From: an uncultured Leptospiraceae bacterium
Lineage (GTDB): Bacteria; Spirochaetota; Leptospiria; Leptospirales; Leptospiraceae
Assembly (NCBI GenBank): GCA_964436695.1
Contig: CAYTEA010000018.1
Coordinates: 6,044-70,043, forward strand
Direction of reading: 5' to 3'
Length of the DNA: 64,000 nucleotides
Below, piece by piece: positions 9,346 to 19,321 of this stretch. A program made the translations under genes and the position numbers. The notes under the pieces were generated by a model. The model saw only the letters and a list, made by a program, of their open reading frames with translations. It ran no database searches and had not been told where the DNA came from. Position 1 is the stretch's first letter; each line of letters opens with the position of its first letter.

Positions 9346-12300
9346 ATGGCAAATGAATTTACAGTAATCGATGCAAACGAAGCAGTGGCAGATATCGCAT
9401 ACAGACTAAGCGAAGTGATTGCGATTTATCCGATTACCCCCTCATCACCCATGGGTGAATATTCCGATGCCTGGATGAGCGAGGGTAGAAAAAATCTCTG
9501 GAATACGGTTCCATCCGTCATAGAAATGCAAAGTGAGGGTGGGGCAGCTGGAGCTCTTCATGGGGCATTACAGACCGGAGCGCATTCCACGACCTTTACT
9601 GCATCCCAAGGGTTAATGCTCATGATTCCGAATATGTTCAAGATTGCAGGAGAGTTAACTTCAACCGTAATTCATGTCGCAGCTCGGTCTCTTGCAACGC
9701 AGGGACTTTCGATTTTTGGGGATCACAGCGATGTAATGGCTGTGAGAGGGACTGGATTTGCACTACTTTGTTCTGATTCGGTTCAATCTGCTCACGATTT
9801 TGCCTTGGTATCTCACGCTACTGCATTGGAATCACGGATCCCATTTCTCCATTTTTTTGACGGGTTTCGCACTTCGCACGAGCTTGCAAAGATAGAAATT
9901 TTATCGGATGAAATTCTTCAAAACATGGTGAATGAAGAATTCGTATTCGAACATAGGAGACGAGCGCTAAATCCTGAACACCCGGTAATTCGAGGCACTG
10001 CCCAGAATCCCGATGTTTATTTTCAAAGTCGGGAGACCGTGAATTCTTTTTATAACTCATGCCCGAAGATTTTGGAAAAGTATTTTCAACAATTGGAAAT
10101 GCTTACCGGTAGAAAGTATGGCCTTTTTGAATACTATGGCGCTCCTGATGCGGAGCGCCTTATCGTGATCATGGGTTCAGGAGCCGAAGCTGTCCACGAA
10201 ACTCTTGATCATTTTCTCCCGCTCGGAGAAAAAGTGGGGGTTTTAAAAGTTCGATTGTATCGGCCATTCGTAAGTGAAAAATTTCTGGAAGCGATTCCTT
10301 CGTCAGTTAAATCTATCGCGGTTTTGGATAGGACAAAAGAGCCTGGAAGTCCGGGAGAGCCTTTGTATCTGGATGTGGTTCATGCAATTTTTCAGGATCG
10401 AATGAATGAGGGTAAGCGATTTTCGGAAATGCCTGTCATTGTAGGTGGGAGATACGGATTGTCTTCTAAAGAATTTACCCCGTCGATGGTAAAATCAGTT
10501 TACGAAAATTTGAATCGGAGCGTTCCCAAAAACAGTTTTACGATCGGAATAAATGATGACGTAACCAACTCCAGTCTTGAATACGATCCTGATTTCAATA
10601 CTGAGCAGAAGGACGTTATTCGCTCCGTGTTTTACGGATTGGGCGCTGATGGAACCGTTGGGGCGAATAAAAACTCGATTAAGATTATCGGCGAGCATAC
10701 GGATCATTACGTTCAAGGGTATTTTGTTTATGACTCAAAAAAATCGGGATCGATGACCATATCGCACCTCAGATTTGGAACGCGGCCAATAAGATCCAGC
10801 TATCTGATTCAGAAACCGAATTTTGTCGCTTGCCACCAGCCTGGTTTTTTGAACAAATTCGAAATGCTCGAAGGAATCGAAGAAGGAGGTATTTTTCTGC
10901 TGAATACGCAGTACGGGCCGGAAATAGTATTTGATAAACTTCCGGGAAAAGTCCAGAAGCAGATACTGGACAAAAAGCTGAAATTCTTTGTTATTAATGG
11001 GTACAAAGTTGCCAAGGATTCCGGGATGAAAAACCAAATCAACACGGTTATGCAAACCTGCTTTTTTGCGATTTCCGGTGTGTTGCCAAAAGAGGAGGCT
11101 ATTGTAAAAATCAAGGAAGCGATCGAATATTCTTACGGCAAGAAAGGAGGGGAAATTGTTCGAAAAAATATGCAGGCTGTTGATAACACGATTGCAAATT
11201 TGCATGAAGTGAATGTCGCCAAGATTGATAAATCCGGAGTTCAAAATGTAGAAGAATTTGGGATCAGGATTTCAGAGACTGCGCCCGATTTTGTAAAAAA
11301 TGTAATCGGAAAAATGATGTCAATAAAAGGAGATGATCTCCCGGTAAGCGCTCTGCCTCCTGATGGAACATACCCAACAGGAACGACTAAGTGGGAAAAA
11401 AGAAGAATCGCCGGGGAGGTACCGGTGTGGGATTCCAATGTATGTATACAGTGCGGGAAATGCGCGTATGTCTGCCCACACGGAGTGATTCGAGTCAATG
11501 CATTTATCCCAGGGAGTGCAGCTAACGCACCATCATCATTTAAATTCGTTGACACGAAAATTTCTGACCTGAGAGAGAAAGGATACAAATTTACTTTGCA
11601 GGTATCGGTGGATGACTGTACGGGATGTGCGGTATGCGTAGATATATGTCCCGCAAAAAATAAATCCGAAGTAAGATTGAAAGCAATCAACATGACGCCA
11701 ATCGACCAAATCCCGGATACGCATAAATCTGATTGGGAGTATTTTCAATCAATTCCATTAGTGGACAGAAGCCTACTGAATATTCAGCAGATAAGGCAGC
11801 AACAGATGCAGGAGCCTCTATTTGAGTTTTCCGGAGCATGCGCCGGTTGCGGAGAGACTCCTTATATAAAACTTGTCACCCAATTATTCGGGGATAGGCT
11901 GGTAATTGCCAATGCCACTGGTTGTTCCTCCATTTACGGGGGGAATCTTCCCACCACTCCATATACGAAAAACAAAGATGGAAGGGGGCCTGCTTGGTCG
12001 AATTCTTTGTTCGAGGATAATGCGGAATTTGGGTATGGTTTCAGAGTGTCCATCGATAAACAAAGGGAAGTGGCAATGGAACTGTTGCAGAAACTAAAAT
12101 CATTTATTGGTGAAAAACTTGCCGAAGAAATTCTGAATGCAGACCAGAGGGATGAACAGGGAATTCAACTCCAGAGAAATAGAGTGGAAGAGCTAAACCG
12201 AATTTTGAAAACTCTTGAATCCAAAGAGCAGATCACCAAAGATGTGAAGAGACTACTTGAATTGTCTGATAAGCTAGTAAAGAAGAGCGTTTGGATTTTC

Positions 12301-12948
12301 GGTGGAGATGGCTGGGGCTATGATATCGGTTACGGAGGACTGGATCATGTTCTTGCAAGCGGAAGAAACGTGAATATTCTACTTTTGGATACGGAGGTTT
12401 ATTCGAATACCGGCGGGCAGATGTCGAAGTCAACTCCTAGAGGAGCTGTCGCAAAGTTTGCCTCAGGTGGAAAGTCAGCAGGAAAAAAAGACCTTGGCCT
12501 TATTGCTATGAGTTACGGGAACGTGTATGTTGCGGTAGTTGCTATGGGAGCAAAAGATGAGCAGACGTTACGCGCAATCCAGGAGGCCGAAAGATACGAC
12601 GGGCCTTCCCTGGTAATTGCTTATAGTCACTGCATCGCTCACGGTATAAATATGACTGAGGGCTTGAAACACCAAAAAGCAGCAGTCGAAACCGGGCAAT
12701 GGATTTTGTACAGGTACAATCCGGATAATGTTCTGAAAGGAGAAAATCCATTGGAAATAGATTCGGCTCCTCCCCATTCTCCGGTCAGAGGTTATCTGGA
12801 GAGCGAAAATAGATTTAAAATGCTTACAAAGAGTAAGCCCGAAATCGCAAGAAATCTTTTCAAACAGGCTCAGGAAGATGTTGACAGGAGATACAAACAC
12901 TTTGAATTTCTTGCCGGAAAAACCAAAGAGGAGTTTCAAAATGATTGA
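9346..12948 (+). CDS. nifJ: pyruvate:ferredoxin (flavodoxin) oxidoreductase, single-chain NifJ/PFOR type
   Basis: 1200 aa. Two ferredoxin-type clusters (CIQCGKCAYVCP, CTGCAVCVDICP) and a TPP-binding region (GGDGWGYDIGYGGLDH...LLLDTEVYSNTGGQ). Confidence 0.95.
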   Translation: MANEFTVIDANEAVADIAYRLSEVIAIYPITPSSPMGEYSDAWMSEGRKNLWNTVPSVIEMQSEGGAAGALHGALQTGAHSTTFTASQGLMLMIPNMFKIAGELTSTVIHVAARSLATQGLSIFGDHSDVMAVRGTGFALLCSDSVQSAHDFALVSHATALESRIPFLHFFDGFRTSHELAKIEILSDEILQNMVNEEFVFEHRRRALNPEHPVIRGTAQNPDVYFQSRETVNSFYNSCPKILEKYFQQLEMLTGRKYGLFEYYGAPDAERLIVIMGSGAEAVHETLDHFLPLGEKVGVLKVRLYRPFVSEKFLEAIPSSVKSIAVLDRTKEPGSPGEPLYLDVVHAIFQDRMNEGKRFSEMPVIVGGRYGLSSKEFTPSMVKSVYENLNRSVPKNSFTIGINDDVTNSSLEYDPDFNTEQKDVIRSVFYGLGADGTVGANKNSIKIIGEHTDHYVQGYFVYDSKKSGSMTISHLRFGTRPIRSSYLIQKPNFVACHQPGFLNKFEMLEGIEEGGIFLLNTQYGPEIVFDKLPGKVQKQILDKKLKFFVINGYKVAKDSGMKNQINTVMQTCFFAISGVLPKEEAIVKIKEAIEYSYGKKGGEIVRKNMQAVDNTIANLHEVNVAKIDKSGVQNVEEFGIRISETAPDFVKNVIGKMMSIKGDDLPVSALPPDGTYPTGTTKWEKRRIAGEVPVWDSNVCIQCGKCAYVCPHGVIRVNAFIPGSAANAPSSFKFVDTKISDLREKGYKFTLQVSVDDCTGCAVCVDICPAKNKSEVRLKAINMTPIDQIPDTHKSDWEYFQSIPLVDRSLLNIQQIRQQQMQEPLFEFSGACAGCGETPYIKLVTQLFGDRLVIANATGCSSIYGGNLPTTPYTKNKDGRGPAWSNSLFEDNAEFGYGFRVSIDKQREVAMELLQKLKSFIGEKLAEEILNADQRDEQGIQLQRNRVEELNRILKTLESKEQITKDVKRLLELSDKLVKKSVWIFGGDGWGYDIGYGGLDHVLASGRNVNILLLDTEVYSNTGGQMSKSTPRGAVAKFASGGKSAGKKDLGLIAMSYGNVYVAVVAMGAKDEQTLRAIQEAERYDGPSLVIAYSHCIAHGINMTEGLKHQKAAVETGQWILYRYNPDNVLKGENPLEIDSAPPHSPVRGYLESENRFKMLTKSKPEIARNLFKQAQEDVDRRYKHFEFLAGKTKEEFQND

Positions 12949-13942
12949 TCTATCGACTACTTACATGGGATTAAAATTGAGGACCCCCTTGGTTGCGTCC
13001 GCCGGCCCCTTGTCTTATGAAATTGAGGATATCAAAAGGATGGAAGATGCGGGAATTTCTGCGGTAGTTCTCTATTCTCTTTTTGAAGAACAAATCGAAA
13101 AAGATCACGAAGAACTCCACCACCACTTGAATTATGGAACGAATAGTTTTGCAGAAGCGCTAACGTATTTTCCTGAACCGGGGGATTTTGAATCCGGGCC
13201 TGAAGAGTACCTGGAACATATCCGTCGAGCGAAAAAATCCGTGGATATTCCGGTTATTGCGAGCTTGAACGGTTATACGGATGGGGGCTGGACTCATTTT
13301 GCGAAATTGATGGAAGAAGCAGGGGCAGATGCGATAGAGCTGAATTTGTACAATGTGCCTACCAATCCCGATATTACGGGAAAAGAAATCGAAGACGATT
13401 ACGTTGATACATTAATAGATGTGAAAAAATCGGTAAAGATTCCTATCGCCTTAAAGATCAGTCCCTATTTCAGTAATATTTCCAATTCGGCAAAAAGATT
13501 CGCAGAAAACGGAGCAGACTCTTTGGTACTGTTCAATAGATTTTATCAACCGGACTTTGATTTGGAACAACTGGAAGTGAAGCCTCACGTAAATTTGTCA
13601 ACGCCCCATGAGTTGCGCTTGTCCTTGAGGTGGATTGCGCTTTTATATTCGAGGATAAAGACGGACCTTGCAGGAACAGGTGGGGTTCATCGAGCTATCG
13701 ATGCGATAAAATTGATGATGGCCGGGGCAAATATTTCTATGCTTTGCTCAGTGTTGATTAAAGGTGGAATTGGTAAAATATCCGAAATAGAGAAGGATAT
13801 GCACATCTGGCTGGAAGAACATGAATACGAATCTATTTCAGAAATGAGGGGGAGTATGAGTGCTGAGAAATACCATACTCCGTTTGAATTTGAAAGATCT
13901 CAATATATGAAAGCATTGCACAGTGTCCACTTTCGGCAATAG
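12941..13942 (+). CDS. dihydroorotate dehydrogenase-like flavoprotein (PyrD-fold, non-canonical active-site loop)
   Basis: TIM-barrel DHOD-like motifs (LRTPLVASAGP, GADAIELNL, LVLFNR, LAGTGGV...AGANISMLCS). I chose the ATG at 12941, which overlaps the nifJ stop by 8 nt. The track ORF from 12878 would lie inside nifJ. Confidence 0.8.
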   Translation: MIDLSTTYMGLKLRTPLVASAGPLSYEIEDIKRMEDAGISAVVLYSLFEEQIEKDHEELHHHLNYGTNSFAEALTYFPEPGDFESGPEEYLEHIRRAKKSVDIPVIASLNGYTDGGWTHFAKLMEEAGADAIELNLYNVPTNPDITGKEIEDDYVDTLIDVKKSVKIPIALKISPYFSNISNSAKRFAENGADSLVLFNRFYQPDFDLEQLEVKPHVNLSTPHELRLSLRWIALLYSRIKTDLAGTGGVHRAIDAIKLMMAGANISMLCSVLIKGGIGKISEIEKDMHIWLEEHEYESISEMRGSMSAEKYHTPFEFERSQYMKALHSVHFRQ

Positions 13943-13978
13943 TTGTAAAAGCATTTAAGGATAAGGAGTCTTTTTTTA

Positions 13979-15205
13979 ATGAAATTAGAGGGGAAGGTAG
14001 TAATCGCTCAAGGAGGCGGGCCTACCGCTGTAATCAATCAGTCTTTGGTTGGCGCCGTATTGGAATCCAGAAAATTCATTCAGGTAAGCCGGGTTTATGG
14101 GGCAGTGAATGGAGTCGCGGGGATACTAAATGAAGACTTTGTAGATTTGACCCAGGAGACAACTCATAATCTGGAACAGGTTGCAATTACACCTTCGTCC
14201 GCTTTATTCTCAACTAGGGAAAAACCGGATGAAAAATTCTGCAAAGAAATGTTTAACGTAATGAAAGCACATGACGTCCGCTATTTTTTTTATATCGGAG
14301 GGAATGATTCTTCAGAAACTCTTCGAATTGTAAACGAACAGGCTAAAAACGCTAGATATGAATTCAGGGCAATTCATATTCCCAAAACAATCGATAACGA
14401 CCTCGTACTGAATGACCATACTCCCGGTTATGGTTCTGCTGCTCGATTTGTTGCACAGGCGTTTATCGGGGCAAACCTGGATAACATGTCTTTGTCGGGA
14501 ATTTATATCGGTGTGGTAATGGGCAGGCAGGCAGGTTTCCTTGCCGCTGCTTCCTGTCTGGCTCAAAAATATCCTGATGACGGCCCGCATTTAATCTATG
14601 TTCCTGAAAGAAAGTTCAGCCTGGATAAATTTATTCGGGATGTAAAAAATGTTTATGATAAATATGGAAGATGCGTTGTTGCAGTTTCGGAGGGAATTTG
14701 TGATGAGAGTGGAAATCCGATCATAACAAAATTACTGGATCAGGTAGAAGAGGACGCACACGGAAATGTGCAGCTATCCGGAACAGGCCAGTTGGGGGAT
14801 TTGCTTTCCAAGCTTATCAGAGATAAATTAAAAATTAAACGAGTCAGGGCTGATACTCTGGGATATTTGCAGCGTTCTTTTATCGGGGTAGTTTCTGACG
14901 TTGATCAACAAGAAGCAAGGGAAGTAGGTGAAAAAGCCGTTCAATATGCTATTTGGCACAACGTGGACGGATCCATTGCAATCAAAAGGACGGGATTTTA
15001 TTCTGTGAACTACGAGTTGGTTGATCTCAAGGATATTGCTGGAAAGACCCGCCTCATGCCGGATGAATTTATCAATAGCGAAGGGAATGGAGTAACCGAT
15101 GCATTCAAATTTTATTTGAGGCCTCTGATTGGATCGGGTTTTCCAAATTCATACCGTATCAGGGTTCCCAGAGTGGCGAAAATTTTAAAACCCAACAGTT
15201 ACTAG
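13979..15205 (+). CDS. pfp: pyrophosphate-dependent 6-phosphofructokinase (PfkA family)
   Basis: GGGPTAVIN, GGNDS (Asp where ATP-PFKs have Gly) and IPKTIDND (Lys where ATP-PFKs have Gly) are the known PPi-specificity determinants. Confidence 0.8.
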   Translation: MKLEGKVVIAQGGGPTAVINQSLVGAVLESRKFIQVSRVYGAVNGVAGILNEDFVDLTQETTHNLEQVAITPSSALFSTREKPDEKFCKEMFNVMKAHDVRYFFYIGGNDSSETLRIVNEQAKNARYEFRAIHIPKTIDNDLVLNDHTPGYGSAARFVAQAFIGANLDNMSLSGIYIGVVMGRQAGFLAAASCLAQKYPDDGPHLIYVPERKFSLDKFIRDVKNVYDKYGRCVVAVSEGICDESGNPIITKLLDQVEEDAHGNVQLSGTGQLGDLLSKLIRDKLKIKRVRADTLGYLQRSFIGVVSDVDQQEAREVGEKAVQYAIWHNVDGSIAIKRTGFYSVNYELVDLKDIAGKTRLMPDEFINSEGNGVTDAFKFYLRPLIGSGFPNSYRIRVPRVAKILKPNSY

Positions 15206-15211
15206 ACGGAA

Positions 15212-16356
15212 CTATTTTGCAAGAAAGTCTTCGAGTGACTTACTTTCCTCCGGGGTGTGAATTGCGAAATCACAGTTGATTGCATAGTCTTTGTCGGTAG
15301 GTTTGATTCCCTTTACAACTCCCCGAACTGATTTTTTTTGCCCGCTTTTGGAGATAATGTCGAATATAACCGTTCCTCCCATGGAAAACATTCTGCTTGC
15401 GAGCCTTGTTGGAGGGTGGAGAAATTTAATTGCTGTAGAATTCAGTTCGATTACAGGGCAATTCTCTTTGGATTCCTCAAATGCGCCCGAACTGTGTATA
15501 TCTTTGATAATGGATGCGGATATCAATTTAAAAGTATTGTAGGAGTTTGAATCTAGTCTACTGGAGTGCATCGCATGCACATAGCCGATCATCACGATAT
15601 TTTTATATTTGATCGGAATGCAGATTTCCGATTTGTACTTATCCAGAAAATTGCTGTTTTTTGTAAGAACGTAATAATCTTTGAACGGGACAAATTCCTG
15701 TTTGACCAAATCCGGGTTTGTGATCTCCGGAATAAAAATCGGTTTGTCGTGGGTATTCATAAGCCGCATTCGGCTGTTCATTCTTTCGTTCACAAAAATT
15801 TCAAAGAAGTTGAACATCGAATTTACAACTGGAGGTTTTTTGACTATCTGATTAATTCTTTCGTCACCCAGAGATTTGAAAATATCGTTGTGATTGATGA
15901 TATTGGAAACTGTGTAATCGTTTGTCAGGCTATGAGAAGAAATATCTTTTATGAGAGTTTTGATTGGTTTCAGGATAGAATTTCCAAGATCGTCTGTTCC
16001 GACTTCGGAAGTTGTAATCACGAATATATTTTCCTTGTTCTTTATGGTGAGAATTCTTTCATCAGTATTCTGGCTGACTTTAGAACTTCTAATTGTGATG
16101 GATTCCGGTTTGCATTCCAGTATCTTGACCGGAATACTTTCGCCATCTACTTCCATGTAAACAGGAATCACTTTATACAAAGAATCAATAAGCTTATGAA
16201 TTAATTTTGGGTCATTGATTTCTTTTGTCATATAGCTAAATATTCCATTATCAGTTTTGAAGTCAAATTTCTTCTTGGTTTTTAGTGTTGGTTTTCCTGC
16301 TAAAAATTTTTTTTCATTTGAAAGCCTATTGCTTTTTTTCGATTTCCATAGTCTGA

Positions 16357-16360
<4 letters not shown>
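15212..16360 (-). CDS. hypothetical protein, 382 aa (possibly PilZ/YcgR-like beta-barrel repeats; weak)
   Basis: Protein-like composition. TTG start in a TTGA overlap with the upstream zinc-ribbon ORF. I could not find an RxxxR or D/NxSxxG c-di-GMP motif. Confidence 0.6.
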
Positions 16361-16792
<432 letters not shown>

Positions 16793-16837
16793 TTAGTCAA
16801 TTGCCAATTTAAAAAAGTAGCGTTGCCAGTCAATCAA

Positions 16838-17083
16838 TTAGAGGGTTTTATGTGTTCCGTCGCAATAAGGAGGATTTTTTGTGTGTTTACATCCGCAAAA
16901 AGCCGCGGTTTCTTTTTTTGCGATTGTACCCACTATCGGTTTTATCCCTGTCTGTAATCTGGCGTGTGCCCCGTCGCAGAAAGGTTGTTTTTCTGAGTGG
17001 CCGCAGGCGCACCAGGCAACTTTTTTTCCCTCTTCTACATCTACCATGTATGGCGATTTTTGCGCTATTTCAGGTTCTGGCAT
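16838..17083 (-). CDS. CDGSH-type iron-sulfur domain protein (two CDGSH motifs, mitoNEET-like)
   Basis: CACGHSEKQPFCDGAH and CGCKHTKNPPYCDGTH both fit C-x-C-x2-(S/T)-x3-P-x-C-D-G-(S/A/T)-H. GAGGA RBS upstream. Confidence 0.9.
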   Translation of the reverse strand: MPEPEIAQKSPYMVDVEEGKKVAWCACGHSEKQPFCDGAHARLQTGIKPIVGTIAKKETAAFCGCKHTKNPPYCDGTHKTL

Positions 17084-17200
17084 ATTGTCATCCTCTTCAA
17101 ATTAGACGGATTCACTGGAAGTTCAGAATAGCTTCAACCCCATTTTCGGAAAGTTTAGGATTATTTCAAAAGGACTGCAATGGGTCGGTATTGGGAGGCT

Positions 17201-18523
17201 CTAAGCCCGCCCGGGATATCCAATTACGTCCATAAATGCTGAAACGGAAAATACCGCTTTTCCGGCCCCAGGCTCTCCGTATCCGGGAGGAACAGGCAGG
17301 GAATACTTTTCAAAAGTTTCTTTCCAGGCCATGAGTAATTCGCAAAAATATTCCAGTGGAGGGCCTATCTGGGTTCCAAGAGTGGTATAAGGTTCTGGAC
17401 ACCATGCAGTAAACCTCGGCATGATTTTTTTTGACATGAAAAATTCCAGGCCTTCCCTTGTTGATGAAACCGCATCGGCCATTGTATCAAAACCAAATGG
17501 TCGGGCAAGCTCTACACCTGCAACAAAATTAGGAATAACGTATGAAGGCCCGAACACTTCTGCGGAATCTACAATCCTGCGAATCCATTTTTCGCGGCCA
17601 ATCCAGGAAGCCTTACCGGGGCAGATTTTATCAAAAAGGTTTTTATCCCAGACTTCATAGTTGGGATGATAAACTTGAATGCCGGAATCTTTAAATTTCT
17701 GACAGTCTTCCTTCTCGAATGCCTGAGCTACGATTTTTCCCATCCATTTACCGGGAAATTTTTCTTCAATTGCTCTGGGATAATCCAAGTAGAAATCTAC
17801 TTCATTTTTTTTCTTTAGAGAGGTTAAAACAGATCCACCTGTAATAGTATAAACTTTGGCGACAGTATCTTCTTCGTGAATAAATGAAAGGACTTCCAGG
17901 ATGTCCTCTACATCCTTTATTCCAGTGTAGGGTCGTCCTGCATTTTTTTGCTGTCTGTAATTGTGGTTAATGTCACAATATGCGCATTCTTCCTCTTTCC
18001 CGAAATACTGGCAATTTCTAAATACTGTAAGATAAATCAGATAACCCCATTCAATTACCGGAGCTATTTCAGATGGAAGTTTTCCACTTTTTGTCTGCCT
18101 TTTGTACCAAGAGGGCACCGGAGGAAATTCCAGAATTCCTAGATTCGTATTTTCAATGAATAGATACGGCTTTTCATCTATTGCCCGGACGACGTAGGGA
18201 GAATTGGGGTTATTTCTGGTGGATATCACGGTCGGCAATAAATGAAAATGCCCCCCGCTGATTTTGATTTCTTCCGGAGCTTTTTTATCTTCACCTTTTT
18301 TCATTTCGGAAAGAGGGATGTGGTCGAATGAAAAAATAAAATAATCCTTAGGCTTGTATTCCCCTTTTAAGGAAAGAGACTCTATGGAAAAGTTTATCCC
18401 TTCCCGCAAAACATCCTGTTTTAATATTGCTTCCATGGGGATGGACTTGTATCTACGTTCCATCTCTTCCAGAAGCCTTAAACTGGATCTTACAGAATTT
18501 GTAATCATATTGTTTTCCGGCAT
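17201..18523 (-). CDS. radical-SAM-like Fe-S protein with non-canonical C-x8-C-x2-C motif and an unknown N-terminal domain of about 160 aa
   Basis: C171-x8-C180-x2-C183 (NCQYFGKEEECAYCD) is followed about 45 aa later by TITGG, a GGE-like SAM-binding motif. Family not identified. Confidence 0.45.
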   Translation of the reverse strand: MPENNMITNSVRSSLRLLEEMERRYKSIPMEAILKQDVLREGINFSIESLSLKGEYKPKDYFIFSFDHIPLSEMKKGEDKKAPEEIKISGGHFHLLPTVISTRNNPNSPYVVRAIDEKPYLFIENTNLGILEFPPVPSWYKRQTKSGKLPSEIAPVIEWGYLIYLTVFRNCQYFGKEEECAYCDINHNYRQQKNAGRPYTGIKDVEDILEVLSFIHEEDTVAKVYTITGGSVLTSLKKKNEVDFYLDYPRAIEEKFPGKWMGKIVAQAFEKEDCQKFKDSGIQVYHPNYEVWDKNLFDKICPGKASWIGREKWIRRIVDSAEVFGPSYVIPNFVAGVELARPFGFDTMADAVSSTREGLEFFMSKKIMPRFTAWCPEPYTTLGTQIGPPLEYFCELLMAWKETFEKYSLPVPPGYGEPGAGKAVFSVSAFMDVIGYPGRA

Positions 18524-18547
18524 TGTTTAGACCTCAAGTTTCCAAGA

Positions 18548-19321
18548 CTATCTTCTATTCACGATTCTATCCAATAAAATTCCGCAGGATACTCCGACAT
18601 TTAGCGATTCAATTTTTCCGTGCAGGTCGATTCTGTATGTGAAATCCGAATTTTCCAGTAGAATTTTTTTTATGCCTTCATTCTCATTCCCCAGAATCAG
18701 GCAGGTCTCTTCTTTTGACGGAAGATTTTTTGGATTACTTTCTCCTTTTTCCGTTCCTGCAACTATCCAATAACCTTTCTCTTTTAATATTTCGATCACT
18801 TGGTTTAGATTGGTTACTTTAAAAATCTTCAAATAGTGAATGGCCCCGGAAGAAACCTTTTCTACTGCACCGGTTATATCACAGGATTGTCTGTCAGGGA
18901 TAATCACGATTTTTACACCGAAACATTCGGCGGTTCTGAGAATATTTCCCAGATTCCCCGGATCCTGGATTCTATCCAAAACAAGTATCGGGCCAATTTT
19001 TTCAACAATGCTTTCTTTTAAGTCGGAAAAGTCCAGAGTTTCGGAGTTTTGCTTTTTGGTGTCTGTTACGATGGCGACACCCTGATGGTTTGCGTTCGGA
19101 AATAAGGAGTCAAATTCTCCACCGGTGATATACGTTATGCGAAATCCATTCGGAATGAGAGGAAGTATTTCTTTTTCGACTTCGCGCGATGGATTTTTCT
19201 TGATTAGGATTTGCTGAATTTGGACTGTGGTTTCTTTATTTGAATCCTTTATTTTACGAAAAAATTCCTTAACATTTTGTCTTCCGTAAATCGCGTTTTT
19301 TTGCCTTAAACTCTTTTCCAC
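18548..19321 (-). CDS. rlmB: 23S rRNA (guanosine-2'-O)-methyltransferase, SpoU/TrmH family (RlmB-like)
   Basis: SpoU motifs DPGNLGNILRTAECFG, LILGNENEGI and IESLNVGVSCGILL, with an N-terminal substrate-binding domain. Confidence 0.85.
   Translation of the reverse strand: MEKSLRQKNAIYGRQNVKEFFRKIKDSNKETTVQIQQILIKKNPSREVEKEILPLIPNGFRITYITGGEFDSLFPNANHQGVAIVTDTKKQNSETLDFSDLKESIVEKIGPILVLDRIQDPGNLGNILRTAECFGVKIVIIPDRQSCDITGAVEKVSSGAIHYLKIFKVTNLNQVIEILKEKGYWIVAGTEKGESNPKNLPSKEETCLILGNENEGIKKILLENSDFTYRIDLHGKIESLNVGVSCGILLDRIVNRR

Noticed and set aside
10735-11693. Two consecutive minus-strand ORFs (169 aa and 150 aa) inside nifJ
   Set aside because: They are antisense to a 1200-aa ORF with unambiguous PFOR motifs. 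Neither has recognisable motifs and both have odd composition.
12878-12940. Upstream extension of the DHOD-like ORF given in the track
   Set aside because: The extension lies inside the nifJ coding region in another frame. The ATG at 12941 gives a normal PyrD-like N-terminus and a typical coupled overlap.
15566-16204. 212-aa ORF on the plus strand, antisense to the 382-aa hypothetical gene
   Set aside because: Its codons are exactly in phase with the minus-strand gene, a classic shadow frame that stays open wherever the sense gene lacks TTA, CTA and TCA codons. The translation is rich in Phe, Arg, His, Cys and Asn and looks non-protein-like, whereas the minus-strand product looks normal. Similar in-phase shadow ORFs occur opposite several other genes in this window.
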